From a virus (Duplodnaviria; Caudoviricetes), in the IMG/VR virus record IMGVR_UViG_3300020434_000055: 64,000 bases of DNA; one strand, given 5' to 3'. The translations under genes were made by a program, and so were the position numbers. A model generated the notes under the pieces. It had not been told where the DNA came from, made no database searches, and saw only the letters and a program-made list of their open reading frames with translations. Every line of letters begins with the position of its first letter. Within the stretch, counting starts at the first letter, position 1. Below, in pieces: positions 55,662 to 64,000 of this stretch.

Positions 55662-57112
55662 GTTGCAGAATTATTATAAGTGATGAGGTAAACATAAAAA
55701 TAGAAGGTTTACCTGTAGACGTAAGAAGAAAAATAGCAAATACTTTAAAATGGGAAGTCCCATACGCAAGATATCTTCCACAATATAAATTAGGAAGATG
55801 GGATGGTAAAATTGGTTTCTTTGGTTTAGGGGGCAGTGGATATGTTAATCATATAGATAAAATTATCGATTTACTTCAAAAACAAGGAGTACAAGTAGAC
55901 GAAATTGACGACAAAAGAAAGAAATATGATTTAAAATTTGCACCAATAGATAAAAATTATTTTGGAAATAAGACTTGGCCTAAAGGTCATATTTGTGAAG
56001 GACAAAAAATTGTACTTCGCGACTATCAAGTAGAGGTTGTTAATAATTTTATAAAAGTACCTCAATCACTTCAAGAAGTTGCCACTGGTGCAGGTAAAAC
56101 AATTGTTACTGCTTGTTTATCTAGTTTATGTGAAAGGCTTGGACGAACTGTAGTAATAGTACCTAACAAAAGTTTAGTTACACAAACTGAAGAAGATTAT
56201 ATTAATGTAGGTCTAGACGTAGGCGTATACTTTGGTGATCGTAAAGAATTAAACAAAACTCATACTATATGTACTTGGCAATCTTTAAATGTATTAGATA
56301 AAAAAGCAAAAGAAGGAACATCAGTTCTTACACTTTCACAATTTTTAAGTGGTGTACAAACATTAATAATAGATGAAGTACATCAAGCAAAAGCGGATGT
56401 TTTAAAAAAATTATTGACACATCATTTAAAAAATTCTCCAGTAAGATGGGGATTAACAGGAACAATTCCAAAAGAACAATTTGAATTTCAAAGTTTATTA
56501 GTTGCTATAGGTCCTGTTATTAATCAAATATCTGCAAAAGAATTACAGGATAAAGGCATACTTTCTAAATGTCATGTTAATGTAGTACAATTAATTGATA
56601 CTGAAGTGCATAGAACATATCAAGAAGAATTAAAATATTTGGTTACAACTCCTGGCAGATTAAAATATATAGCAAAACTTATAAGCAAAATTAAAGACAC
56701 AGGGAATACACTTATATTAATAGATAGATTAATTGCTGGAGAAAAATTATCAAAATTAATTCCTGATAGTGTTTTTATTAAAGGAGAAACAAAATTACAA
56801 GATAGAAAAGATCAATATGATGAAATTTCTAGTGCAAACAATAAAGTAATAGTTGCAACATATGGCGTTGCATCTATTGGTATTAACATACCTAGAATAT
56901 TTAATTTAGTATTAATAGAAGCAGGTAAATCATTTATAAGAGTTATACAATCAATTGGCAGAGGCATACGAAAGGCACAAGACAAAAATTTTGTACAAAT
57001 ATGGGATATAACATCATCTTGTAAGTTTGCTAAAAGACATCTTACACGAAGAAAGAAATTTTATAAAGAAGCAGAGTATCCTTTCACAGTAGAAAAAGTA
57101 CAATGGAATTAG
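55658..57112 (+). CDS. uvsW: SF2 DNA helicase
   Basis: LRDYQ, VATGAGKT, DEVH, GLTGT, VATYGVASIGINIP, QSIGRGIR, HL..RKKFY..AEY. Confidence 0.85.
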   Translation: MSCRIIISDEVNIKIEGLPVDVRRKIANTLKWEVPYARYLPQYKLGRWDGKIGFFGLGGSGYVNHIDKIIDLLQKQGVQVDEIDDKRKKYDLKFAPIDKNYFGNKTWPKGHICEGQKIVLRDYQVEVVNNFIKVPQSLQEVATGAGKTIVTACLSSLCERLGRTVVIVPNKSLVTQTEEDYINVGLDVGVYFGDRKELNKTHTICTWQSLNVLDKKAKEGTSVLTLSQFLSGVQTLIIDEVHQAKADVLKKLLTHHLKNSPVRWGLTGTIPKEQFEFQSLLVAIGPVINQISAKELQDKGILSKCHVNVVQLIDTEVHRTYQEELKYLVTTPGRLKYIAKLISKIKDTGNTLILIDRLIAGEKLSKLIPDSVFIKGETKLQDRKDQYDEISSANNKVIVATYGVASIGINIPRIFNLVLIEAGKSFIRVIQSIGRGIRKAQDKNFVQIWDITSSCKFAKRHLTRRKKFYKEAEYPFTVEKVQWN

Positions 57113-57122
57113 CACAGAAAGA

Positions 57123-57317
57123 ATGGAACTTTGTAATTATAAATGTACAGTAACAAAAGGTAAAAAGGAAGTAGTATGGCATTATAGTTTGCCATATAAA
57201 ATGATAGAGGAAGAAGTTGATCAACATTATAAAGAAGGTGCTGACGCAGTAGAATTAGAAATGATTACACAAAAAGAGTTTGATGATTTATTACCAAAGG
57301 AAAAAAATTTAAAATGA
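57123..57317 (+). CDS. Small hypothetical protein
   Basis: 64 aa, ATGA overlap with the next gene. Confidence 0.55.
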   Translation: MELCNYKCTVTKGKKEVVWHYSLPYKMIEEEVDQHYKEGADAVELEMITQKEFDDLLPKEKNLK

Positions 57318-57820
57318 GAATATTAACATTAGAAAACGAAACGTTTTTATTAAACAAATTACCAGAACACGTCTCTGATGATATGTGTTTTTCTGTTTTA
57401 GATAATAGTAACCCTAAAGAACCTGACTTCTTTTTTATTCCATTAATTTATATAGAAAGTTTTAGTAGTCCTGCTATTGTTTTAGATATAGGTGGTAATG
57501 AATTAATAATGCCTTTAGATTGGAGTATAGGTGTAGGTGATAAAGAGGATAGTACTTCTGTAGAAGTAGTACCACTAACAAGTATAGCTGATCGAGGTTT
57601 TCAAACATTTTTATTCAATCCTTTAAATGGATTTAAAGCGGAATTTATGGATGTTAAAGTATTAAATTTCTATAATGATATTAAATGGTATTTCCCTAAA
57701 GTAAAAAATAATCAATTAATATCTACACCAATCACAGTAGGGAAAGAACCCTTATGTGCATTTTTTGTTAAAGATATATCAAGACAATGTGAAACTATTG
57801 AATATGGATTATTATTGTGA
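57314..57820 (+). CDS. Hypothetical protein
   Basis: 168-aa beta-rich ORF coupled within the operon. Confidence 0.6.
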   Translation: MRILTLENETFLLNKLPEHVSDDMCFSVLDNSNPKEPDFFFIPLIYIESFSSPAIVLDIGGNELIMPLDWSIGVGDKEDSTSVEVVPLTSIADRGFQTFLFNPLNGFKAEFMDVKVLNFYNDIKWYFPKVKNNQLISTPITVGKEPLCAFFVKDISRQCETIEYGLLL

Positions 57821-58083
57821 GGAAGAGAAAAAAAGTAAAAAAACATAAAGATAGTATTACAATTAAGGCACCTTTTTTAATGTTACCGTCAAATAAAGGA
57901 AGCAAAAAAGAACCAGTATGGCTAACACATGATTACTTACCACAACTTATAGAGTTAATTAAATCAAAAGATTTATCTTTGAAAGAAATACAAACATTAC
58001 CAAAAGGTCAAATTAAAATTTCTTTTCATGATCCCAGACATACAACTTTATTTGGATTACATTATGACAAAAATAAACACTAA
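57817..58083 (+). CDS. Small basic hypothetical protein
   Basis: 88 aa, GTG start overlapping the previous stop. Confidence 0.5.
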   Translation: MRKRKKVKKHKDSITIKAPFLMLPSNKGSKKEPVWLTHDYLPQLIELIKSKDLSLKEIQTLPKGQIKISFHDPRHTTLFGLHYDKNKH

Positions 58084-58357
58084 AAAAGAAATAGTAGCTG
58101 AAAAATTAGGAATAAAATATATTTACGAATCACCAGATGGTGGCGAAACTGTATATGCTCGTGAAGTAGGCAATTATACAGACGAAAGAGTTATGGTATC
58201 TAAAAGTTCGAAGGCGCATATAGACGAAGAATTCAGAAGACGTCATCGTTACATTACACCAGAAGCAGTTAAATTATGTTGGAAACATAAAGGATTGCAA
58301 AAAGCCTGGGAAAAGTATATAATGTTATTGGAGTTATATGGTCATTCAGAAGAATAA
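58064..58357 (+). CDS. Hypothetical protein
   Basis: YIYESPDGGETVYARE motif; ATG 58064 preferred. Confidence 0.55.
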   Translation: MTKINTKKEIVAEKLGIKYIYESPDGGETVYAREVGNYTDERVMVSKSSKAHIDEEFRRRHRYITPEAVKLCWKHKGLQKAWEKYIMLLELYGHSEE

Positions 58358-58817
58358 ATTGCCGTTAAAGGATATTCTTGCGGCTATAGATATGAAAGCC
58401 AAAAATATTTGGGACGAGTTTTCTGATGTAGAACAAAAACAAATAGGTTTTTATATATTGAATAGGTATGCAAGTTCAGTAGTAGGCAAAAAAGAAGATA
58501 AAGAATTAGTCCTTTTAAAAACAAATGAATATTATAATAAAAACTTTTTTGCTTTATCTAGACATAAAAAATTATTATGGTACTTACTTTGTATGACTGC
58601 AAGTAGTAAGAAAAAGATTACATTTCATCCATGGATAGGATATAAACATAAAGATCATGGAAGTAAATCAAAAGTAGTTAAGTTTTTAAAAAATTTATAT
58701 CCTACTAAAAAGGAAGATGAAATAGAATTATTGGCAAAAATAAATTCAATTAGTGACGTAAAAACATTAGCAATGGATTTTGGTATGTCAAAGGAAGATA
58801 TTCGAAAAGTTTTATGA
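58338..58817 (+). CDS. Clamp loader small subunit (T4 gp62-like)
   Basis: DILAAID...YILNR..S...NEYYN...H.KL.W..L...FHPWI...LYP...E pattern. Confidence 0.65.
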   Translation: MVIQKNKLPLKDILAAIDMKAKNIWDEFSDVEQKQIGFYILNRYASSVVGKKEDKELVLLKTNEYYNKNFFALSRHKKLLWYLLCMTASSKKKITFHPWIGYKHKDHGSKSKVVKFLKNLYPTKKEDEIELLAKINSISDVKTLAMDFGMSKEDIRKVL

Positions 58818-59497
58818 TAGATAGATTACATTCATGCAAATATTGTAGTGCAAAATTTACTAAAGAAAAAACATTAGCAGTACATATGTGTGAACAAAAA
58901 AGAAGATTTTTACAAAAAGATGAAAGAAGAGTGCAACTAGGTTATCAAACTTTTATTAGATTTTATCAACTATGTCAAAAAATGAAAAACATAAAAACAT
59001 ATGAAGAGTTTTGTAAAAGTCCTTACTATACAGCATTTGTTAAATTTGGTAGTTTTTTAAGTAATGTTAAACCTTTATATCCAGACAAGTATATTGATTA
59101 TGTTGTTACTAGTGGAGTAAAACTTGATCATTGGTGTAGAGAAGAATTATATGACAAATATTCTACAAATTTAATTTTAAAAGAAAAAATGGAAACTGCT
59201 GTTGAACGTTCTATTAAAACTATGATGGATTGGGGAGAAGAAAAAGAAGCACAATGGCAAGATTATTTTAGATATGCAAGTTTGAATAGAGCAACACAAG
59301 ATATTAGAGATGGAAAAATATCACCTTGGTTAGTATTAAATTGTAAAACAGGTAAAACTATGATGAATAACTTTAACGATGAACAACTAACAATAGTTAG
59401 TCATATAATGGATCCTAAACATTGGATCGTAAGATTTAAAAGACTTCCAGCAGATATTGAAATGGTTAAAGAAGTTTCAAAGAAAGCAAATTTATAA
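58814..59497 (+). CDS. Hypothetical protein with N-terminal zinc finger
   Basis: CKYCSAKFTKEKTLAVHMCE (C2H/C-type finger). Confidence 0.55.
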   Translation: MIDRLHSCKYCSAKFTKEKTLAVHMCEQKRRFLQKDERRVQLGYQTFIRFYQLCQKMKNIKTYEEFCKSPYYTAFVKFGSFLSNVKPLYPDKYIDYVVTSGVKLDHWCREELYDKYSTNLILKEKMETAVERSIKTMMDWGEEKEAQWQDYFRYASLNRATQDIRDGKISPWLVLNCKTGKTMMNNFNDEQLTIVSHIMDPKHWIVRFKRLPADIEMVKEVSKKANL

Positions 59498-59625
59498 TGA
59501 CAACAAATACTACTAAAACATATGCCAAAGGAAGATATCGTATAAAACAATATTATACTGATCAGAATTTATGGAAAACAACAAAAACTCTTATTAAAAA
59601 GAAGAAACCTAAAAAGAAAAAATGA
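59497..59625 (+). CDS. Small Lys-rich protein (42 aa), not in ORF track
   Basis: MTTNTTKTYAKGRYRIKQYYTDQNLWKTTKTLIKKKKPKKKK; TAATG and ATGA overlaps on both sides. Confidence 0.55.
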   Translation: MTTNTTKTYAKGRYRIKQYYTDQNLWKTTKTLIKKKKPKKKK

Positions 59626-59915
59626 AAAATATTAAAGTAAAAATTGAAGTATTTCGAAGCATGGATTTAGATTTCATGCAAGTTAAAGAATGGATTATTA
59701 GTTTATATCCTAATACTTTAACAATAAAAGATAGAACTTGTGAATCTATTGCTGACGAATTGTTTATGGAAATACAAAAGAAATATCCAAAAAGAGATGT
59801 TCTAATAGAGGTTACTGATGAAAGTGATTGTGGTTCATCAGCATTATATCCTAAAGATCCAATTAATATTTTTAATCCAAATCAAAAAACCATAGTTATA
59901 AAATGCCAGATATAG
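59622..59915 (+). CDS. Degenerate QueD/PTPS-like (T-fold) protein lacking the His motif
   Basis: IEVF...DLDFMQVKEWI..LY...TCESIADEL...YP.R.V.IEV..E..CG resembles the C-terminal half of phage QueD-like proteins. Confidence 0.4.
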   Translation: MKNIKVKIEVFRSMDLDFMQVKEWIISLYPNTLTIKDRTCESIADELFMEIQKKYPKRDVLIEVTDESDCGSSALYPKDPINIFNPNQKTIVIKCQI

Positions 59916-60481
59916 ATATAGACTTTGCAGATAGATCTATTTTATTAGATAAAGTTAAACACAGAATTGCTAAATTAGATTCTGGTAAGAAACATAATAC
60001 TGGTGTATACTTTACAGAAGTACCACACGATCCAGTAAACAATTTATGTACACTTGATTATGAACAAGCAGAAAAAAGAGGATATTTTAAAATAGATTGT
60101 CTGAACGTTAGCATTTATAAAGATATTAAAGATGAAAAACATCTTAATAAATTAATGAATACAGAACCATTGTGGGAATTATTAGAAGCAAAAGAGTTTG
60201 TAGATCAAATTTTTCATATTAATGGACACGTAGAAATATTAAAAAAACTTAAACCTACAAACATAGAACAATTAGCGGCAGTTTTAGCAATTATACGACC
60301 AGCAAAAAGACATTTGATTAAACAAAATTGGGATGAAATAGATGAACAAGTATGGAAAAAACCTACAGACGGAAGTTACTTTTTTAAAAAATCTCACGCA
60401 ACTTCATATGCAATGGCAGTAGTAGTGCATATGAATCTTATATGCGAACAATTAAAAGGAAATAATGACCAAAAGTCATAA
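59903..60481 (+). CDS. Miniature DNA polymerase III alpha (DnaE)-like protein
   Basis: PDIDIDF, KHNTG, GYFKIDCLNV, KP..IEQLAAVLAIIRP and YFFKKSHATSYA match DnaE palm/finger motifs, all within 192 aa. Confidence 0.75.
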   Translation: MPDIDIDFADRSILLDKVKHRIAKLDSGKKHNTGVYFTEVPHDPVNNLCTLDYEQAEKRGYFKIDCLNVSIYKDIKDEKHLNKLMNTEPLWELLEAKEFVDQIFHINGHVEILKKLKPTNIEQLAAVLAIIRPAKRHLIKQNWDEIDEQVWKKPTDGSYFFKKSHATSYAMAVVVHMNLICEQLKGNNDQKS

Positions 60482-60755
60482 AAAAAGAAGTCTAGTTAAA
60501 ACTCTTACATGGAGAATTTTGGCAACTACAGATACATTTTTAATAAGTTGGCTTATTACAGGTGCAATAACTTTAGCAGGTGCTATTGCAGGTATAGAAG
60601 TCGTAACTAAAATGGTTTTATATTACCTACACGAAAGAGGATGGAATAAAATTAAATGGGCAAAAGAACCTGGACCTGAAGAACATACAACTATATTTCC
60701 TTATTTTGATTTTCCACATGAACTTCCAAGTTCAAAACATGATAAGAAAGATTAA
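60465..60755 (+). CDS. DUF2061-like small membrane protein
   Basis: RSLVKTLTWR...T..ISWLITG...IAGIE...K..LYY.HER.W..I.W. Confidence 0.75.
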   Translation: MTKSHKKRSLVKTLTWRILATTDTFLISWLITGAITLAGAIAGIEVVTKMVLYYLHERGWNKIKWAKEPGPEEHTTIFPYFDFPHELPSSKHDKKD

Positions 60756-61165
60756 TTTTCTTTTTCTTTTGCTTTTGCAATATGTCGTTCAATAAAATCT
60801 CTAGGTTTTCTAACTAATTGAACTGATCTTCTTTTTGTTCTTTTTACAGCAAGGTTGTTTAAATTAGTAATGTGCCCCATTTTTACTGTAACATCTTTAG
60901 TATTCATTATCATTAAAATTTCCCTATAGGATGACATTTCTTTTCTTAAAAATATACCAATAGGAATCATTCTATTAGACTCCCACCACCATGTTTTGCA
61001 CAAAGCAACAAAGTCTGCTTTTTGTGTATCAGTTTTAAGGTCTTGATATATGTACATACTGGTGATTGCGTGGTCCTGATTGTTGATTACGCCGACATAT
61101 TCTTTGCCGCCGTACTCTACTACGCTGATGAATGGAAAGTCTTTCTTTATGTCCTCTTTAATCAT
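60752..61165 (-). CDS. Hypothetical protein
   Basis: 137 aa, convergent with the DUF2061 gene; FPFISVVEYGGKEYVGVI...WWWESNR.IPI. Confidence 0.6.
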   Translation of the reverse strand: MIKEDIKKDFPFISVVEYGGKEYVGVINNQDHAITSMYIYQDLKTDTQKADFVALCKTWWWESNRMIPIGIFLRKEMSSYREILMIMNTKDVTVKMGHITNLNNLAVKRTKRRSVQLVRKPRDFIERHIAKAKEKEN

Positions 61166-61203
61166 TCTAATTTCTAATAAATACGTTATATTGATGGTGT
61201 ATT

Positions 61204-61989
61204 ATGCAACTTATACGAAGATATTTATTAAATAATAGAATAGTGCTTACTGCGAATTTGGCAGGAGAGGTAACGAGGTATAGATCCGTGTATCAAAGAA
61301 ATGTAAATGTTTATAGAAATATCGACAATGTCCTTCAATTTGAAGTTAAAAATGCTGACGAAAAGGCTGTAAGTATCCTTAATACCTACACACCTAAGTT
61401 TAAAATGTGGGATGAAAACAGCACTCTTGTTGTTGAAAAAGATGGAACAGTTATAGAAACATCTACCCCTAACAAAGTAGGTCAATTTACTGTAAATGTA
61501 AGCGAAAATGATCTATTAAATCTTAAATCACAATACCTACGTTATAGTATCTACTTGTATAATACAAGTACTACTGAAAACGTTTTAACTTATCCTAATA
61601 CACATTTTGCAAGTCAAGGAACAGTATTTCTTGATACAAAAGAATTCCCAGGACCAAAAGATTCACATTCAGTTGCAACGTTTGTTCAAGCACAAAATGA
61701 CCCTGCTATATGGAATTCATCTACTGTTAATGCAGAACCAACTATAAATGGAAATTCAGCTCTTCATACAGTAGCATACTATACTACAGATGCTGAAGGC
61801 ACACTAACAGTTCAAGGTACTTTAGACAATCAAGTTGGTGCTGGAACAAATTGGACAGATATAAATGTAACCAATTTAGTTGCCGCAGACACACTTCAAT
61901 ATGTAAATTTTAATGGCGTGTTTAGTCATCTAAGATTTAGCCATGAAATAACTGCTGGTACAATAGACAAAATATTAGTTCGAAATTAA
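61204..61989 (+). CDS. Hypothetical virion-like beta-sandwich protein
   Basis: 261 aa with upstream AATAAATA (61176-61183). Confidence 0.55.
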   Translation: MQLIRRYLLNNRIVLTANLAGEVTRYRSVYQRNVNVYRNIDNVLQFEVKNADEKAVSILNTYTPKFKMWDENSTLVVEKDGTVIETSTPNKVGQFTVNVSENDLLNLKSQYLRYSIYLYNTSTTENVLTYPNTHFASQGTVFLDTKEFPGPKDSHSVATFVQAQNDPAIWNSSTVNAEPTINGNSALHTVAYYTTDAEGTLTVQGTLDNQVGAGTNWTDINVTNLVAADTLQYVNFNGVFSHLRFSHEITAGTIDKILVRN

Positions 61990-62018
61990 TTGACTTTTCA
62001 TTAAAATAGTTTTATAAT
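61990..62018 (+). promoter_or_regulatory. Sigma70-type promoter (primase)
   Basis: TTGACT-17 nt-TATAAT, then 6 nt to ATG 62025. Confidence 0.75.
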
Positions 62019-62024
62019 ATATGC

Positions 62025-63008
62025 ATGAATATCGTTTATGATGCATTATTAATTCACTTACCCCAAAAAAGAAAACAAACACCTAGCGGATGGCTATCTT
62101 TTAATGCTCCATGTTGTCAACATATGGGAACGACAGCTGATACAAGACAACGAGGAGGCTTAATTGGTAGTGCAGATGAAGGTATAAGCTACCATTGTTT
62201 TAATTGTGGCTTTACAGCAAGTTGGAGAGTTGGTAGAAATTTATCATATAAAATGAAAAAGTTCATGAGATGGCTTAATATGCCAGATGAACAAATTACT
62301 AAATTGGCATTAGCAGTTTTACAAATCAAAACAGATACAGTAGGATATCAAGCAATAACCCAATTACCAAAATTTAAGAACAAAGAACTTCCTGACGGAG
62401 CAAAACCATTACACGAATGGACAGAGCAAGACAAATACTTTTATAAAGTTTTAGAATATGTGGACAAAAGAAGTTTAAAGTTAGTTGATTATGAGTTTTA
62501 TTGGTCTAATAATAGTGGTTACAGAGATAGATTAATCATTCCTTTTTATTATCAATCACGTATAGTAGGGTATACTGCTAGAAGAGTTACCCACACAGAT
62601 AAAGTAAAATATCTATCTGAACAACAGCCAGGATACGTTTTTAACATTGATGCCCAAGATGATGATAGAAAATATGTAATAGCAGTAGAAGGACCTATAG
62701 ATGCAATTACTATAGATAGTGTTGCACTATTAGGAAGTGAAGTTAAAGATCAACAATCTGTATTATTAAACAGTTTAGGTAAGCACGTTATAGTAGTACC
62801 TGATAGAGATGACGCTGGACAAAAGCTAGTTCAAGATGCTCTGAACTTGGGATGGAGCGTGAGTATGCCTGATTGGGATCATGATATTAAAGATATTTCT
62901 GACGCTGTTGGTAAATACGGTCGACTACATACGTTGTATGCAATTATAAAAAACGCACAGGACTCACAATTAAAGATAAAGTTAAGGATGAAAAAATGGT
63001 TTATATAA
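62025..63008 (+). CDS. DNA primase (T4 gp61-like, zinc finger + TOPRIM)
   Basis: NAPCCQH...YHCFNCG zinc finger, RLIIPFY...GYTAR, VEGPIDA, VPDRDDAG, KDISD. Confidence 0.85.
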   Translation: MNIVYDALLIHLPQKRKQTPSGWLSFNAPCCQHMGTTADTRQRGGLIGSADEGISYHCFNCGFTASWRVGRNLSYKMKKFMRWLNMPDEQITKLALAVLQIKTDTVGYQAITQLPKFKNKELPDGAKPLHEWTEQDKYFYKVLEYVDKRSLKLVDYEFYWSNNSGYRDRLIIPFYYQSRIVGYTARRVTHTDKVKYLSEQQPGYVFNIDAQDDDRKYVIAVEGPIDAITIDSVALLGSEVKDQQSVLLNSLGKHVIVVPDRDDAGQKLVQDALNLGWSVSMPDWDHDIKDISDAVGKYGRLHTLYAIIKNAQDSQLKIKLRMKKWFI

Positions 63009-63118
63009 GAAAGTTTTTTTTGTTCTTATTCTCTCCTATAACTAAATTTCTAGAACGCAGAAATCATAAGAAGAAGATTAAAGAACTACAAAAACGAGAT
63101 CCTTTTATATACAAGTAG
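62996..63118 (+). CDS. Small protein (40 aa), not in ORF track
   Basis: MVYIRKFFLFLFSPITKFLERRNHKKKIKELQKRDPFIYK fills the gap between the primase and the carbamoyltransferase. Confidence 0.5.
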   Translation: MVYIRKFFLFLFSPITKFLERRNHKKKIKELQKRDPFIYK

Positions 63119-63122
63119 GACA

Positions 63123-64000
63123 ATGATAATTTGGGGAATAACAGGTAACAGTCACGATGCCAGTCTAGCAGTAATGAAGTGGAGTCCTAATGGTTTAACA
63201 GATCATTATACACTTAAACTTCTTTGGGCAGGACTCTCTAGAGATTTTAGTGGTAAACCTGGAGATCCTACTTTAAGCAATAGGATGTTAGCTCATGTAA
63301 GATCAAATGCATTATGGGCCCACCCAGCAAAAATTATTTGGTATGAAAAACCATTTTTAAAAAGTTTACGACAACTATGGGCAGGTCAAGGATTCACATT
63401 TACAGAAAATAATATTAAAGAATTTTTACGAACAAAAGGAATATTTCAACCTGTTGAATATGCAAAACATCATCATAGTCATGCGGCATACGGATATTTT
63501 ACTTCACCTTTTTCTGAAAAAAATGCCGCAATAGTTGTACTAGACAGTATAGGAGAGTTTCAAACATTTACTATTTGGCATGGCAAAGGGGATCATTTAA
63601 AACAAGTATACTCACAAAGTTATCCGCATAGTGTTGGATTATTTTATAGTGCTATGACACAACGAATAGGATTTAAAGCTAACGCAGAAGAACATAAAAC
63701 AGAACGACTTGCTAAAAAAGGCAACTGGAGAGTTCACTATAGAAAATTTATGGAAGAAATAGTTTTATCAAAATTGCCTTTTAAATTAAGAGAAAATTTA
63801 CATAGAGGAGCTAATTGGTGGAGACCTGAATTAAATTCAGAAGAAGATTTAGCCAACATAGCGGCAACTACTCAAAAGATTTTTGAACAAACATTAGTTT
63901 GTATTAGTAGCTGGTGTCAAATGCATATTAAGGCGAGCAATATAGTTTTTGTAGGTGGGTGTGCATTAAACAAAAGTGCAATAAAACATTTGGAACACAT
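63123..64000 (+). CDS. Second NodU-family carbamoyltransferase, 3'-truncated by window end
   Basis: Hand translation from ATG 63123 (AGGA SD) is open to the window end: IWGITGNSHDASLAV, HHHSHAAYGYFTSPF, VLDSIGE, YPHSVGLFYS..TQRIGF..N.EEHK, NIAA.TQ..FE, GGCALN. Confidence 0.85.
   Translation, partial: MIIWGITGNSHDASLAVMKWSPNGLTDHYTLKLLWAGLSRDFSGKPGDPTLSNRMLAHVRSNALWAHPAKIIWYEKPFLKSLRQLWAGQGFTFTENNIKEFLRTKGIFQPVEYAKHHHSHAAYGYFTSPFSEKNAAIVVLDSIGEFQTFTIWHGKGDHLKQVYSQSYPHSVGLFYSAMTQRIGFKANAEEHKTERLAKKGNWRVHYRKFMEEIVLSKLPFKLRENLHRGANWWRPELNSEEDLANIAATTQKIFEQTLVCISSWCQMHIKASNIVFVGGCALNKSAIKHLEH

Noticed and set aside
36008-57112. Inteins or introns in terminase, UvsX or UvsW
   Set aside because: Lengths are ordinary, motifs are contiguous, and no splice-junction or LAGLIDADG motifs were seen.
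1799-61485. Many short alternative-frame or antisense ORFs in the track (e.g. 1799..2032, 12136..12516, 15770..16171, 33210..33707, 34359..34835, 41435..41896)
   Set aside because: They lie within or almost wholly overlap well-supported genes, show no motifs or initiation signals, and look like codon-bias shadows.
1-64000. Stop-codon reassignment, as seen in some large phages
   Set aside because: Long ORFs are intact in the standard code, and TAA, TAG and TGA all end genes at sensible positions.
1-64000. tRNA, rRNA or CRISPR arrays
   Set aside because: Intergenic gaps are short and accounted for by promoters, hairpins or small ORFs. No cloverleaf or repeat-spacer pattern was seen by eye; tRNAscan was not run.

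Overview
This window is a segment of an AT-rich, T4-like (myovirus-type) large or jumbo phage genome. No host chromosome, tRNA, rRNA or CRISPR array is visible. Left part (1-20.2 kb): virion and fibre genes, including three tandem Cys-rich paralogues, a GT9-like/carbamoyltransferase/GT9-like cassette, a fibre protein with an apparently dead esterase domain, and a 2511-aa repeat-rich structural protein. 20.2-26.4 kb, minus strand: neck genes (gp14- and gp15-like) run directly into a Nudix-hldE-2OG oxygenase-hldD-cupin heptose module. 26.5-42.6 kb: gp13, dNMP kinase, sheath, tube, gp4, terminase subunits, gp32, UvsX, UvsY. 42.6-54.4 kb: a 16-gene glycan island with glycosyltransferases, four methyltransferases, RpiB, an SDR and a cupin. 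54.4-64 kb: UvsW, clamp-loader small subunit, a miniature DnaE-like protein, primase and a second, truncated carbamoyltransferase. The best candidate for a new system is a late-expressed, phage-encoded pathway that makes NDP-heptose and then glycosylates, methylates and carbamoylates a target, probably the virion fibres. A second clear pattern is that nine genes have their ATG 5-6 nt after the promoter hexamer with no Shine-Dalgarno site, which points to leaderless mRNAs. All family calls come from motif recognition by eye; no database searches were run. Two ORFs in the supplied track (20199..20591 and 20581..21423) are labelled + but lie on the minus strand.
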